IMG/VR virus record: IMGVR_UViG_3300045988_054550
Location: 7,976 to 71,975 of that record
Length of the DNA: 64,000 nucleotides
Origin: a virus
Direction: 5' to 3' (one strand)
Of the stretch, positions 37,320 to 46,470 are shown in pieces. Under the pieces are notes generated by a model that saw only the letters and a program-made list of their open reading frames with translations, ran no database searches and was not told where the DNA came from. Numbering within the stretch: position 1 is the stretch's first letter; each line of letters opens with the position of its first letter. The position numbers were made by a program, and so were the translations under genes.

Positions 37320-39053
37320 TCATACCTCCAATTCTGTTAATGCTACTGCGTATTCACTGTTGACGTAGGCTTCTGCCGCCTGCAAATCAGTATCCTGAGT
37401 ACGTGCATCCATATCATAGATATAATTTCTCGTATCGCCTATCTGCTGTTTTACATAGTTCCAACCGTTCTCCATTGAAATCGGATAATTGAATACTGTA
37501 TATCCGTCAAGCTGTTCGGAATTGATAAATATATTTGTGACTGGATAATAGGTTGCAAGTGATTTGAATGCGGCAATTTCTTCGGGTGCGAGGTCGATTT
37601 CTGTTGGATTGGCTAATTGGTATATAATTCTTGTTCCATACACTTCATTTTTAAACGCACTCAAATCGTCTGTATTAGAATGAAATGCGATTGGTTTGAG
37701 ATTATCATGCGTTGATAGCCAACATCTATAAATATATTTGTTATCTGTCCTATCTACTAAAGCTACGCCTTGATATTTAGTAGTTTGCAGTCTTGCTATA
37801 TCATCGCTGTTATCACTTATTACAAATACATCATCCATTCCATAAACAAAAAATGTATTAGTAGTAATTCTCGTAATTTGATTCATGTCAGAGATAACAC
37901 ATTCTCCAACCATCCTCACCAATTTCCCTCTCTCCACATCCACATAATCCGCAATATACTGCTGACCATCGATTGTGACGTTACCACCTGAGTTTACAGG
38001 GATTGCATTCAATGTGTATGGGAGGGCGACGGTCTTAAATTGTGTTCCATCTTCATTTGATAATTTTACAGTCGGATTCACCACGCTCTTAATCTCCTGC
38101 GGATAGTCAGGATTTGGGCTTGGAATACCGCCGGTGTAGGGTTCGTAGGATGTAGCTTCAAGATTTTTAGTTAGCATAATCTCATTCGTTTCATTTGATG
38201 TAGTATTTGAATATCTGATAGTAAGACATACTTCTGTTTCTTCATCAAGCGTAAATGTCGTATCAGTTTTTCCTTCTGAAATCGTAGCGATAGCTGAATA
38301 ATCTCTTTTGGATAATCCTATTTTCAACGCAGAAATATTTTTCAATAGCATTTTATAGGTTCCTGGCGCAAGAGTTATATATCTATTAGTTGAAGTATAG
38401 CCACCTGCGCCTGAAATTGTGCCACTTACTGAATATCCAAATTTTGTACTGGTTATTCTTGCGCCATTATATGTTTGAGAATAATCTTCATAATCCATAT
38501 AATAAATATTATCCCCACTATACTGTTTCTGCTCAGACTTCCCATACAGCATCATATCCATAATTTTGCCGCTATCAGAATCGGCAAGATGGGTTTCGCC
38601 TTGTGAACTTGCATAGAATTTGGCGATTTTGGTGGATATATCTTCCTTTAGTGAACCAGTTTCCGTTTTCAGTGAAGCAATGTCTGTCTTGTTCTGCTCA
38701 ATCTGCTGTGCCTGTTCTGTCGTGGCTCCAGGCTTGACTGGATTCTTTTCAAAATATTCCGTAACTAATCTTTGCATTACCGTCTCTGCTTCTTCTTTTG
38801 TGAGATACAGTGACATATCAATTGGAGCGCCCATAGTGTCCCAAACTACGCCGTTCCATGCCACATTCATTCCTGCTTCGCCGTAGACCGACTTAGACTC
38901 GATATTGTACATATCGCCAATGTCTGGATTTAATGGAAGCAAATCAGCAGTCGCAACTGTACCTCTGTATCTTACAGGGCTATTTAATTTTGCTTCCATA
39001 TCGGAAATCTGGCGTTTTAATATTGCATATACTTTCTTTGCTGTTAATGCCAT
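37320..39053 (-). CDS. fibre protein (577 aa)
   Basis: Start at MALTAKK after AAGGAGAA. RYRGTVATADLLPLNPDIGDMYNIES..GEAGMNVAWNGVVWDTMGAPIDM is shared with 35961..37031. Distinct C-terminal domain. Confidence 0.6.
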   Translation of the reverse strand: MALTAKKVYAILKRQISDMEAKLNSPVRYRGTVATADLLPLNPDIGDMYNIESKSVYGEAGMNVAWNGVVWDTMGAPIDMSLYLTKEEAETVMQRLVTEYFEKNPVKPGATTEQAQQIEQNKTDIASLKTETGSLKEDISTKIAKFYASSQGETHLADSDSGKIMDMMLYGKSEQKQYSGDNIYYMDYEDYSQTYNGARITSTKFGYSVSGTISGAGGYTSTNRYITLAPGTYKMLLKNISALKIGLSKRDYSAIATISEGKTDTTFTLDEETEVCLTIRYSNTTSNETNEIMLTKNLEATSYEPYTGGIPSPNPDYPQEIKSVVNPTVKLSNEDGTQFKTVALPYTLNAIPVNSGGNVTIDGQQYIADYVDVERGKLVRMVGECVISDMNQITRITTNTFFVYGMDDVFVISDNSDDIARLQTTKYQGVALVDRTDNKYIYRCWLSTHDNLKPIAFHSNTDDLSAFKNEVYGTRIIYQLANPTEIDLAPEEIAAFKSLATYYPVTNIFINSEQLDGYTVFNYPISMENGWNYVKQQIGDTRNYIYDMDARTQDTDLQAAEAYVNSEYAVALTELEV

Positions 39054-39066
39054 ATGTGCTTCTCCT

Positions 39067-39309
39067 TTACAGTTTGTACCATGTATCGGTAGGTTTGTGA
39101 TATTCGTATAATTCAGATGTATCAAGACACAACGCCGAAGAACCACTCTCTACATAATGTGGGAGCTTTGATACATCTTTTGAAAGCCCCTCGTAATCAC
39201 GAACCATACCTTTTGCATCTGTACATACCCAACTACCTAAATCCGGCAATTCATCACCGGGATTGTACTGAATGCCATCAAAAATAATTGTGTTTTCTGC
39301 TTTTGCCAT
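39067..39309 (-). CDS. fibre N-terminal module as separate 80 aa gene
   Basis: Homologous to residues ~10-90 of 35961..37031 (IIFDGIQYNPGDELPDLGS...YEGLSKDVSKLPHYV...WYKL). Confidence 0.55.
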   Translation of the reverse strand: MAKAENTIIFDGIQYNPGDELPDLGSWVCTDAKGMVRDYEGLSKDVSKLPHYVESGSSALCLDTSELYEYHKPTDTWYKL

Positions 39310-39696
39310 CTATGCAATCATCCTTTCTGCCCCAATGGGAGCTACATATGTGAACTGGTTTCCTAAGATATCTCTGGCCGTGCCAATAACAAACTGTCCA
39401 TAGTCTGCCAGAATATTACATACAAATTCCTCCGCGTCCACCCAATACCGTTTCTTAACCATACGATGAAGTTCTGGTAATAGACCATAACTGAACATCA
39501 CGCAATGCCCTAACTCATGAATAAATACACGGTTCAGAAGTTCTCCATATAGGCTATTTGCGATTGAAATAACGTGGGTGGAATAATCCGATACTCCAAG
39601 CGTTCTATTGCCTGTACGGTCAATTAACACGCTGTCATGCGGAGATACAAACTGCACTCTCCATAGGTCACCGTTCATGTAAAATTGTCTTAGCAT
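39310..39696 (-). CDS. HExxH zinc metallopeptidase-like protein
   Basis: FIHELGHCV motif, 128 aa. Confidence 0.55.
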   Translation of the reverse strand: MLRQFYMNGDLWRVQFVSPHDSVLIDRTGNRTLGVSDYSTHVISIANSLYGELLNRVFIHELGHCVMFSYGLLPELHRMVKKRYWVDAEEFVCNILADYGQFVIGTARDILGNQFTYVAPIGAERMIA

Positions 39697-39771
39697 GGCT
39701 TATCACCATCCTTTTCTCAACTAAAAAGCCCCTGCTACATTCCTGTAACAAGGGCAAAATTCATATTATAT

Positions 39772-40398
39772 TCAGTTCATCTGCTGTATGAAACGTGTTA
39801 AGTCAGTCTTCATCTGCTGTCTGATTGATGCGTCTGCATCATCCCACATTTCTTTCATATTGCGGATGATATCTTCTGTATACTCTTTCATGGAATCATC
39901 CATTTTTCTCTTAGACTCAGCGTCTTTGGAATCATGGTAATGTCTGCGATTCTCGCTGTATCTGTCGTAGGTTTCACCATATCTGGACTGCTTATGGTTC
40001 ATTCCGTCCATTCTCATGCCACTACGGTCTGGATGATATCCCATGCGGTACATGTTCTGATCAAACTCTGGATTGATCGGATATTCGCTTATCCAGTCAT
40101 CATCCTGCATATGAAGATATGGCATATATCCCATTCGGCTTCCTCTGCCTTTTGGTGCAAATCTGCCGTTTGCGTAACGATATCTGTCATATCCCATGCG
40201 TCCAAGATACTTCTCTTCCTGCTCGCATTCGTCCATAGCTTCTACGATTCTGTAATCCTTATCTGCACAAATCGCACACTTTACAGCTTCCATGCAGTCT
40301 TTCAAATCGTCCCAGTCTTGAGCGCTGAGATTGTCAAATCCATGTGCTTTGGCTTTTTCCATAGCCCATTTTCCCATTTCCATTGCAACTTTATGCAT
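39772..40398 (-). CDS. low-complexity protein with RMGY repeats
   Basis: 208 aa with GRMGYDRYRY, SRMGYMPY and YRMGYHPDRSGMRMDGM. No family recognised. Confidence 0.5.
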   Translation of the reverse strand: MHKVAMEMGKWAMEKAKAHGFDNLSAQDWDDLKDCMEAVKCAICADKDYRIVEAMDECEQEEKYLGRMGYDRYRYANGRFAPKGRGSRMGYMPYLHMQDDDWISEYPINPEFDQNMYRMGYHPDRSGMRMDGMNHKQSRYGETYDRYSENRRHYHDSKDAESKRKMDDSMKEYTEDIIRNMKEMWDDADASIRQQMKTDLTRFIQQMN

Positions 40399-40823
40399 TA
40401 CATTGCCCCCTTTCTGGCAGCCTGTGTAACAGGTGTGTCTGTCGTTGGGGCTGTGCCATTAATTGCTGTTAAATTGTTACTCGGACTACAAGCCGGATTT
40501 CCTAACATCTTGAATACTCCGCCGGTTACACTTGTAGCTACTCTGGTTGCGTACTTTGTTCTGGTTCTTATTCCGCAAGCCGTAACCTGTGCGCAGCAAC
40601 GATTCTCTAGCGGATACAAAGTTGTTCCTGTTCCTATCTGAATCATTACCGGGGCAGTAATTGTAGTGGCTTCCGGTATGCTTTGCGCAACAACAATACA
40701 ATATTTCTCTCCATTGTTGTAACTGCCTGCCGGAAGTGTGATTACAAGATTGCCTCCTGTAAACGCAACGGCTTGGCTGATTACAAGATGGTTGCAGAGC
40801 TTACAAACACTTTTACAACTCAT
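40398..40823 (-). CDS. Cys/Thr-rich hypothetical protein
   Basis: 141 aa. MSCKSVCKLCNH...RCCAQVTACG. Confidence 0.5.
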   Translation of the reverse strand: MSCKSVCKLCNHLVISQAVAFTGGNLVITLPAGSYNNGEKYCIVVAQSIPEATTITAPVMIQIGTGTTLYPLENRCCAQVTACGIRTRTKYATRVATSVTGGVFKMLGNPACSPSNNLTAINGTAPTTDTPVTQAARKGAM

Positions 40824-40902
40824 ATTTTATACCTCTCAATCAAAATAAGAGGTGAGCCATAACCCACCTCTTAGAATTAGTCAACCTCTAAGGGTGAGTT
40901 AC

Positions 40903-41712
40903 TTAGCAGCATCCACTGTTGCATCCGCATCCGCCGTAATAGGTATTCGGATTCGGAACAACATATGCCGGAATAGCCGCCGGATTAATTGCATTGATTA
41001 ACTGCTGAGTCTGTGAAGCCATAGCAGTTGTAAGCAATGCGGACTGACGATCCTGAGATGCAGCACGTTTCAGATCAGTATTTTCTGCCTGTAATGTTGC
41101 AATCTTATCCTGAGTCAGGAAGTCAAGGATTGCTCTTGTGTTGCTGTTCTGGTTTTCCAGAAGATCTCTGGTGTTGTTGTTCATTGTGTTCTGGAGAGCA
41201 CAAGTGTTGGTAGCAAGGTTGTAGTTAATACCCTGTATAGCTTCTCTTGTTTCACAGCAACAGCTTGCTAACTGAGACTGTAAGGCATTGGTATTCTGCA
41301 TACCTGCTACTGTATCAGCATTGATAGCCTGCTGAACGCCATTGAAGCCCTGAAGCATTCCAACGTTCATGCCATTAAAGCCACTCTGCATGGTATTGTT
41401 AAGAGAATATGTGCTGTCACAGATACCCTGCTGAATACCTCTGATACCATTCTGAATATCATTAAGGGCGAATTCCTCATTAATATCCGCACGTGTGGCC
41501 CATCCTTGGAATCCAGCACCATTTGCACCGTTTCCACCATTGCCGCCAAAGCCGCCGCCCCAGCCGCCAAAACCTCCCCAGCCGAAGATTGCGAAGATCA
41601 GGACAAGCCAGATAAGTGAAAAGCCATCACCGCCCCACATATCATTTGCGCGACTATTAGAGCCTGTAGCAGCTGCAATGTCGCTAAGGCTGTAATTTGA
41701 ACCATTCATCAT
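40903..41712 (-). CDS. Gly/Asn/Gln-rich membrane-anchored protein with C-terminal GGCGCNSGCC
   Basis: 269 aa. TM helix LIWLVLIFAIFGW, then GGFGGWGGGFGGNGGNGANG, N/Q-rich repeats and a CCC cluster. Confidence 0.55.
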   Translation of the reverse strand: MMNGSNYSLSDIAAATGSNSRANDMWGGDGFSLIWLVLIFAIFGWGGFGGWGGGFGGNGGNGANGAGFQGWATRADINEEFALNDIQNGIRGIQQGICDSTYSLNNTMQSGFNGMNVGMLQGFNGVQQAINADTVAGMQNTNALQSQLASCCCETREAIQGINYNLATNTCALQNTMNNNTRDLLENQNSNTRAILDFLTQDKIATLQAENTDLKRAASQDRQSALLTTAMASQTQQLINAINPAAIPAYVVPNPNTYYGGCGCNSGCC

Positions 41713-41808
41713 GTTTTTAGTCTCCTTAAATTTTATTTACAATAGGAGACATCCGCGGCTGTCGTCCCGAATTGTAGCGATTTTTAATCACCCAATTGTG
41801 GGGAAGTG

Positions 41809-42054
41809 TTATAATCCAAGGAATTTCTGGATAATTCCATCTGGTGATAAGTGCTTTTCATTAAATACATTTTGCTGTATTTGATGTAACTGGTCTGTAT
41901 CACCTTTTTTGTATAAATCCAACGCATTCTTCAATGTTGGATTATTTCCTGCAAATTTACTCATATCGTTCATCATGTTGTCAACACTTCCGAACCTCTG
42001 AGAAATCATTCTTTCAAGTTGCTTTTTCATCATGGCGTTTGGGTTGAAATTCAT
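41809..42054 (-). CDS. hypothetical protein
   Basis: 81 aa ORF. Confidence 0.45.
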   Translation of the reverse strand: MNFNPNAMMKKQLERMISQRFGSVDNMMNDMSKFAGNNPTLKNALDLYKKGDTDQLHQIQQNVFNEKHLSPDGIIQKFLGL

Positions 42055-42548
42055 CTCTGCCTACCTCCATTCTGCTTAGGTTCCGATGTCCCCGACATCT
42101 GCGTCGGAAACATATTCTTTATTTCAGAAATCTCCGAACAAACATCATTCCGAAGTTGATTAAACATTGCTTCAATGTCAATCTGCTTTTCATCTTGCTT
42201 AGATTGCTGTTCGTCTGGATTTACGAGTCGGTAAACAAAAATCCTGCTTCTTCCATCGGATTGAAGCTGTTTTCTGTAAATTTCAGTTCCGTCTGTTTTT
42301 GGATAGTAAACAGGATTACCGGACATATCCACATCTTTAGCCTTTACAGTATCAATCCCATCCACCATCTGTCCTTGAAGCATAGGTGATTGTGGAACCG
42401 GCTGTAACTGTTGCATCTGTATTTGACCATAAGGCATTGCCTGCTGATAATTATTTTGCAGTTGAGCCAGCCTGTCCTGATACGGCTGTATCTGTCCGTA
42501 TGGATTGTTTATTATTGGTTGTTGCGGATAATACGGATAACCTGCCAT
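42051..42548 (-). CDS. Gln/Pro/Tyr-rich protein
   Basis: Start refined to MAGYPYYPQQ after GGAGGAAC. N-terminal half is Q/P/Y low complexity. Confidence 0.5.
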   Translation of the reverse strand: MAGYPYYPQQPIINNPYGQIQPYQDRLAQLQNNYQQAMPYGQIQMQQLQPVPQSPMLQGQMVDGIDTVKAKDVDMSGNPVYYPKTDGTEIYRKQLQSDGRSRIFVYRLVNPDEQQSKQDEKQIDIEAMFNQLRNDVCSEISEIKNMFPTQMSGTSEPKQNGGRQR

Positions 42549-42703
42549 AATCTGTTCCTCCTGTCCGGGATTCAAGAATCATATCCATATCATCTATAGA
42601 ACGATGCTTTTCCCATATACCCTCGTAAGGGTTTCTTAACATAATCATTGTGTTTTCTCCTATGATTATATTATATAGGAAGGAACTCTGTTTTTGAACG
42701 TCA

Positions 42704-42958
42704 CTATTTCGCCACGTTTTCGCCACAATACAAAGAAAAGCCCCGACAGTACATCGGGGCAACTTTAGAAATTTTCTTCTTTATTCTTTTATTAATTCGG
42801 TCTATGGTTCTTGGACTATACCCCATAAGTTCAGATGCTTCCCATAGTGTCTTTTCGCCATAGACCCGTAATCGAAACAGTTTTTCTTCTCTGGAATCGA
42901 AGCCTGCTTCTTTTAAATAAAATTTTCTTTCATCTTCTGAAAAGTCTGTATAATTCAT
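42704..42958 (-). CDS. sigma-70 region-4-like HTH regulator (84 aa)
   Basis: Start at MNYTDF after GGGAGGACGGTGGAAAT. EKTLWEASELMGYSPRTIDRINKRIKKKI. Confidence 0.5.
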   Translation of the reverse strand: MNYTDFSEDERKFYLKEAGFDSREEKLFRLRVYGEKTLWEASELMGYSPRTIDRINKRIKKKISKVAPMYCRGFSLYCGENVAK

Positions 42959-42987
42959 ATTTCCACCGTCCTCCCTTACAAGTGGAA

Positions 42988-43299
42988 TCAAACTGGAAGA
43001 ATACCGCTTAACATAAAACCGATAACTGCGCTGACAATAGATGTAATAACACATACAATGATTGTATCGTAACGCTTTCCCGGGACTGCCATGAGAGTCT
43101 TTATATTGTTATTCATCTCATCCACAGTTGACTTGATATGATTCAAGTCGTTTTCACTTAATGCCGTTTTTCTTTCCAGTTCCCCGATACGCTCATAAAA
43201 CTCCTTATGTCGGTCGGATTGTCTTTCTTGCATCTTTCGAAGATTATCTTCTAATTCTGCTATGCGGTGTTCATTAAAACATTCGTGTTCACATCCCAT
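42988..43299 (-). CDS. XhlA-like coiled-coil membrane protein
   Basis: 103 aa. Coiled coil plus C-terminal TM IIVCVITSIVSAVIGFMLSGIL, an architecture like PBSX XhlA. Confidence 0.5.
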   Translation of the reverse strand: MGCEHECFNEHRIAELEDNLRKMQERQSDRHKEFYERIGELERKTALSENDLNHIKSTVDEMNNNIKTLMAVPGKRYDTIIVCVITSIVSAVIGFMLSGILPV

Positions 43300-43412
43300 C
43301 GCCAGTTCCTTTCTTCACTCCCTTAACATTTGCTTTTCCCTACTGAATATAAGCAACCCAGCGGCACTCCGGGAGGACAAAAAATACTGTGCCACGTGAC
43401 CCAACCATCTTA

Positions 43413-43739
43413 TTAAATTAAACTTCCTACAAATGGAAAAACGCCATGACTAATATATATTTCCGTTTCGGATTTCCATTTTCGACTTACTGAATTTTCA
43501 GAATGCGATTCTTGGAACTCGGCTCCCTGTTTCACAAGGAAATAGAGAGCCAGATCAAATATACAATCATAACAGTATTCCATATCGGTATTGATTTTTT
43601 CCTCTGTATATCCAGACGGATAGTTGCGCTTCTTTTTAAATGAACGAATTGCACGCTTCACAGACAAAGAAATCATACCGTCAGTTTCCGCATCATCGGA
43701 TAGATACTCTTTCAGATCATTTACAAGCCGTTCGTCCAT
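43413..43739 (-). CDS. gp6-like head-tail connector protein
   Basis: 108 aa. N-terminus LVNDLKEYLSDDAETDGMISLSVKRAI is typical of this family. Lies directly after the capsid gene. Confidence 0.55.
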   Translation of the reverse strand: MDERLVNDLKEYLSDDAETDGMISLSVKRAIRSFKKKRNYPSGYTEEKINTDMEYCYDCIFDLALYFLVKQGAEFQESHSENSVSRKWKSETEIYISHGVFPFVGSLI

Positions 43740-43934
43740 TTAAGATCACCTACCCTTGCTGAGATAAAATTTCTGAGATAATACCAGCCTTGTTTGTCGA
43801 TGTCAGGGCATAGCCATTGTCACTTGCGAGCTGTTTCAGTTGAACTACTGTCATGCTTGACAGCTCGCTTTCTGTATACTTGCGTTTACTTGCTACAGAT
43901 GGTGACTGGCTGTTCTCGTCAAGACTATGCCCGT

Positions 43935-44972
43935 TTATTCCCCCGCTTTGGTGCCGATTACGATACCACCATTAGCTTTTGGTACAACAGGAACGAACAT
44001 ACCGGATGCTTTTGTCCATACTGCCACAGGGTCTGGAGTGGCCCACATAGACAGTGTTACGAAAGAACGGTTCTCTTCTTGTATAAACTGTCTGTATTCA
44101 AGTTCCTCTCGTGTTACGCCCCAGAGTCCAGTACCAAATGAACCGTTTGGCTCTGCTTCATACAGCGTGAATACATCTTCTTTGAAGTATCTTCCTGTTT
44201 TGAGAGAACCATCCGCTTTTCTGAATCTGAATTTTTCGTCACAACGATCAATTGTGATTCCGTATTCCTGCATAAGCAGATTTGCAAGCTCCTGTTTTGT
44301 TAAGAGACGTTTGTTCGCTGCTCCCAGAACTGCTGTCTGCATTGCAGTGTTGTTTCTCATGTAGTTAATCATTTTAAGTGATGTCAGGGCTTTGTTTACC
44401 ACAAATCCATTATCTTCTGCAATAGCGACCATCTTCTGGATATCACCCATGATATCTGCATCTGGTTTAGACCAGTCTGTCATTTCTACTTTTGCATCGG
44501 ACGGAACGCCATAATCAATGCTCATATCCACATTGTTTTCTTTAATTTTTACAACACCTGTGCTAAGAAATTGGCCTTTCATGACATTTGCTCTAGCAAC
44601 AACTCCTTCAAACAGATTAGCTGCATCATCAAATACAAATTTCTTTAAATTCTCATCATCCGGCACACCATTTTCAATTGCCTGCTGTAATCTCTCAGAC
44701 TGATTGATTTTTCTCTTAATAAAGAGCTTTTCAGTCAGGACTTTTTCGAAGCCCGGTCTTGTTCCGATTTCTGCTTCAGTATCAAGTGCATGAACGAATG
44801 CTACCTCTGGAAGTCTCTGTCCAGCCATAAGTCTGTAGTATTCAGCTTTCAGAAACTGTGTTTTGACATCCGGGAAGATGGTGTCAAGAATGCCCGGCCT
44901 TTTTACGCTGAAATCCTGAGAAAAGTTAAGTCTTTCTTCCGGTGTGATTGATTCTAAAATATTAAATGGCAT
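43935..44972 (-). CDS. major capsid protein
   Basis: 345 aa. Follows the scaffold and decoration-like genes (position and size). Confidence 0.7.
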   Translation of the reverse strand: MPFNILESITPEERLNFSQDFSVKRPGILDTIFPDVKTQFLKAEYYRLMAGQRLPEVAFVHALDTEAEIGTRPGFEKVLTEKLFIKRKINQSERLQQAIENGVPDDENLKKFVFDDAANLFEGVVARANVMKGQFLSTGVVKIKENNVDMSIDYGVPSDAKVEMTDWSKPDADIMGDIQKMVAIAEDNGFVVNKALTSLKMINYMRNNTAMQTAVLGAANKRLLTKQELANLLMQEYGITIDRCDEKFRFRKADGSLKTGRYFKEDVFTLYEAEPNGSFGTGLWGVTREELEYRQFIQEENRSFVTLSMWATPDPVAVWTKASGMFVPVVPKANGGIVIGTKAGE

Positions 44973-44985
44973 CTGCTGTACCTCC

Positions 44986-45330
44986 TTAAAATTCTGGGTC
45001 TGTAGTAGTCACAAAAACGATACCTGCTTTTTCAAGCTCTGTTTTTGCAGTGGTTTCTACTGTTACCGGAAGTCTTTTTTCAAGAACACGTCCTGCAACA
45101 ATAACGGAAATCGGTCTCTTAGCATCGTCCGTCATATCAACATCTTCAAACACGATACCTTTAGCACCAGTTGCATTTGTCGGATATACGGAACCTGCTT
45201 TGATAATCTTCTTAGTTCCAACGGTTTCAGCATTTGTCTGCTCTGCTGTATAGGTTTTAAGTACAAGCCCTACCTCGGATTCAAGGATGTTAGGTGTGGA
45301 TTCGTACTGCTCTGTTTTCATAAAAGCCAT
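44986..45330 (-). CDS. head decoration-like protein
   Basis: 114 aa, between scaffold and capsid (positional). Confidence 0.4.
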   Translation of the reverse strand: MAFMKTEQYESTPNILESEVGLVLKTYTAEQTNAETVGTKKIIKAGSVYPTNATGAKGIVFEDVDMTDDAKRPISVIVAGRVLEKRLPVTVETTAKTELEKAGIVFVTTTDPEF

Positions 45331-45348
45331 AATCTAAATCTCCTTTAC

Positions 45349-45975
45349 TTAAATATTTACTGGGGCATTATCATCTGCCGGTTTATTTTCTGGACACATT
45401 TTTGCTGAGTACGCTTTTGCGTATTCAGATGCTTCGCTTTTCTTTTCTGGTTCTCCACCAGATTTACCGCCACCGGGATTAGGTGTATTTTCAAGTGCTT
45501 CTTTCTCCCAAGCTGCTTTTGCGGTATCAAGAGCGTTTTTATTTTCTACGGAAATTCCATCGACAAATGTCTGGGCTTCTTTGAGAGCATCCTCTGCGTT
45601 CATGTTGGAAAACGCTTTGATTGCTCCTGCATAGGCATCTCCTTTCATTCCTGCATTAGCAAAAATAGAAGTAATTTTGCCTGTCAGAGCTTCTTTCTGG
45701 GAAGTTGCAAGTGCAGATTCAAGGTCAGAAATTCTTTTTTCGTTTGCAGCTTTTTCTTTCTGACGTTCCAGTTCTGCTTTCTCAGCTTCAGTCATGTTCT
45801 GTTTTTTTAATTCTTCCAGTTCTTTTTCCAGTGCTTCTGCTTTATCAGCCTGTTCTTTTGCTTTCTGGGCTTTTGCTTTCTCTTTAGCCACATCAGAATT
45901 TGACTGATTCAGAAAAGAAGTAATCTGGTCATCGGTTGCATCTGGAAAAATCCTTTTAACATCTTCTCTTGTCAT
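45349..45975 (-). CDS. capsid scaffolding protein
   Basis: 208 aa, K/E-rich coiled coil, upstream of the capsid gene. Confidence 0.7.
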   Translation of the reverse strand: MTREDVKRIFPDATDDQITSFLNQSNSDVAKEKAKAQKAKEQADKAEALEKELEELKKQNMTEAEKAELERQKEKAANEKRISDLESALATSQKEALTGKITSIFANAGMKGDAYAGAIKAFSNMNAEDALKEAQTFVDGISVENKNALDTAKAAWEKEALENTPNPGGGKSGGEPEKKSEASEYAKAYSAKMCPENKPADDNAPVNI

Positions 45976-46098
45976 TGAAATCTCCTGTCACCAATACGCT
46001 TTTTTACGCTGTTCGCTCAGCTCAAGGTGTCTCCCATGTTCACGCTATCGGGGTGCATATTTTTTAAATAAAAAGAGACGATTTTACTCGTCCCTAAA

Positions 46099-46458
46099 TT
46101 AACTATATTGAATTGAGCACCGGCAATTCACAATCTCGTCTGCCGAAGCTCCTAATGAGGTATCTTTGGGAAATTGTAGCAAGCTATCTCCAACCGAAAA
46201 CGGCTCATCAATCGGGAGCGTGGTTCCTCCGACTTCAAGATGTGTCTTTCGTTCTCTTTTGTCTCCTACGTCAACCCATTTCTTCTTTGTCTTTCCTGCT
46301 TTTACAGCATTTGAATACTGTCTGTAATTCAGTATCGAATTAGCTTCGCATTCTGAAATAAACATTGCCCGGTCGTTTGACAGGTAATAATCATCAGTAA
46401 TGCTTTTATCTTCGGAAGAAAATCTTTCAAATGTTGCATCAATAATTTGTTGTGTCAC
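46099..46458 (-). CDS. minor head protein, Mu F / SPP1 gp7 domain (C-terminal part)
   Basis: RERKTHLEVGG...PF...EIVNCRCS signature. GTG start, no RBS, in frame with 46471..46752 across a TAA. Confidence 0.6.
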   Translation of the reverse strand: MTQQIIDATFERFSSEDKSITDDYYLSNDRAMFISECEANSILNYRQYSNAVKAGKTKKKWVDVGDKRERKTHLEVGGTTLPIDEPFSVGDSLLQFPKDTSLGASADEIVNCRCSIQYS

Positions 46459-46470
46459 GCCAAGAGCATA

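Noticed and set aside
42451-42762. Tracked 103 aa ORF and its internal RBS-preceded start (MIMLRNPYEGIW.., ~42648), which overlaps the Q/P-rich gene.
   Set aside because: It overlaps 42051..42548 by ~100 nt in another frame. A short leader peptide is possible, but I cannot support it over the downstream gene, so I kept it only as a note.
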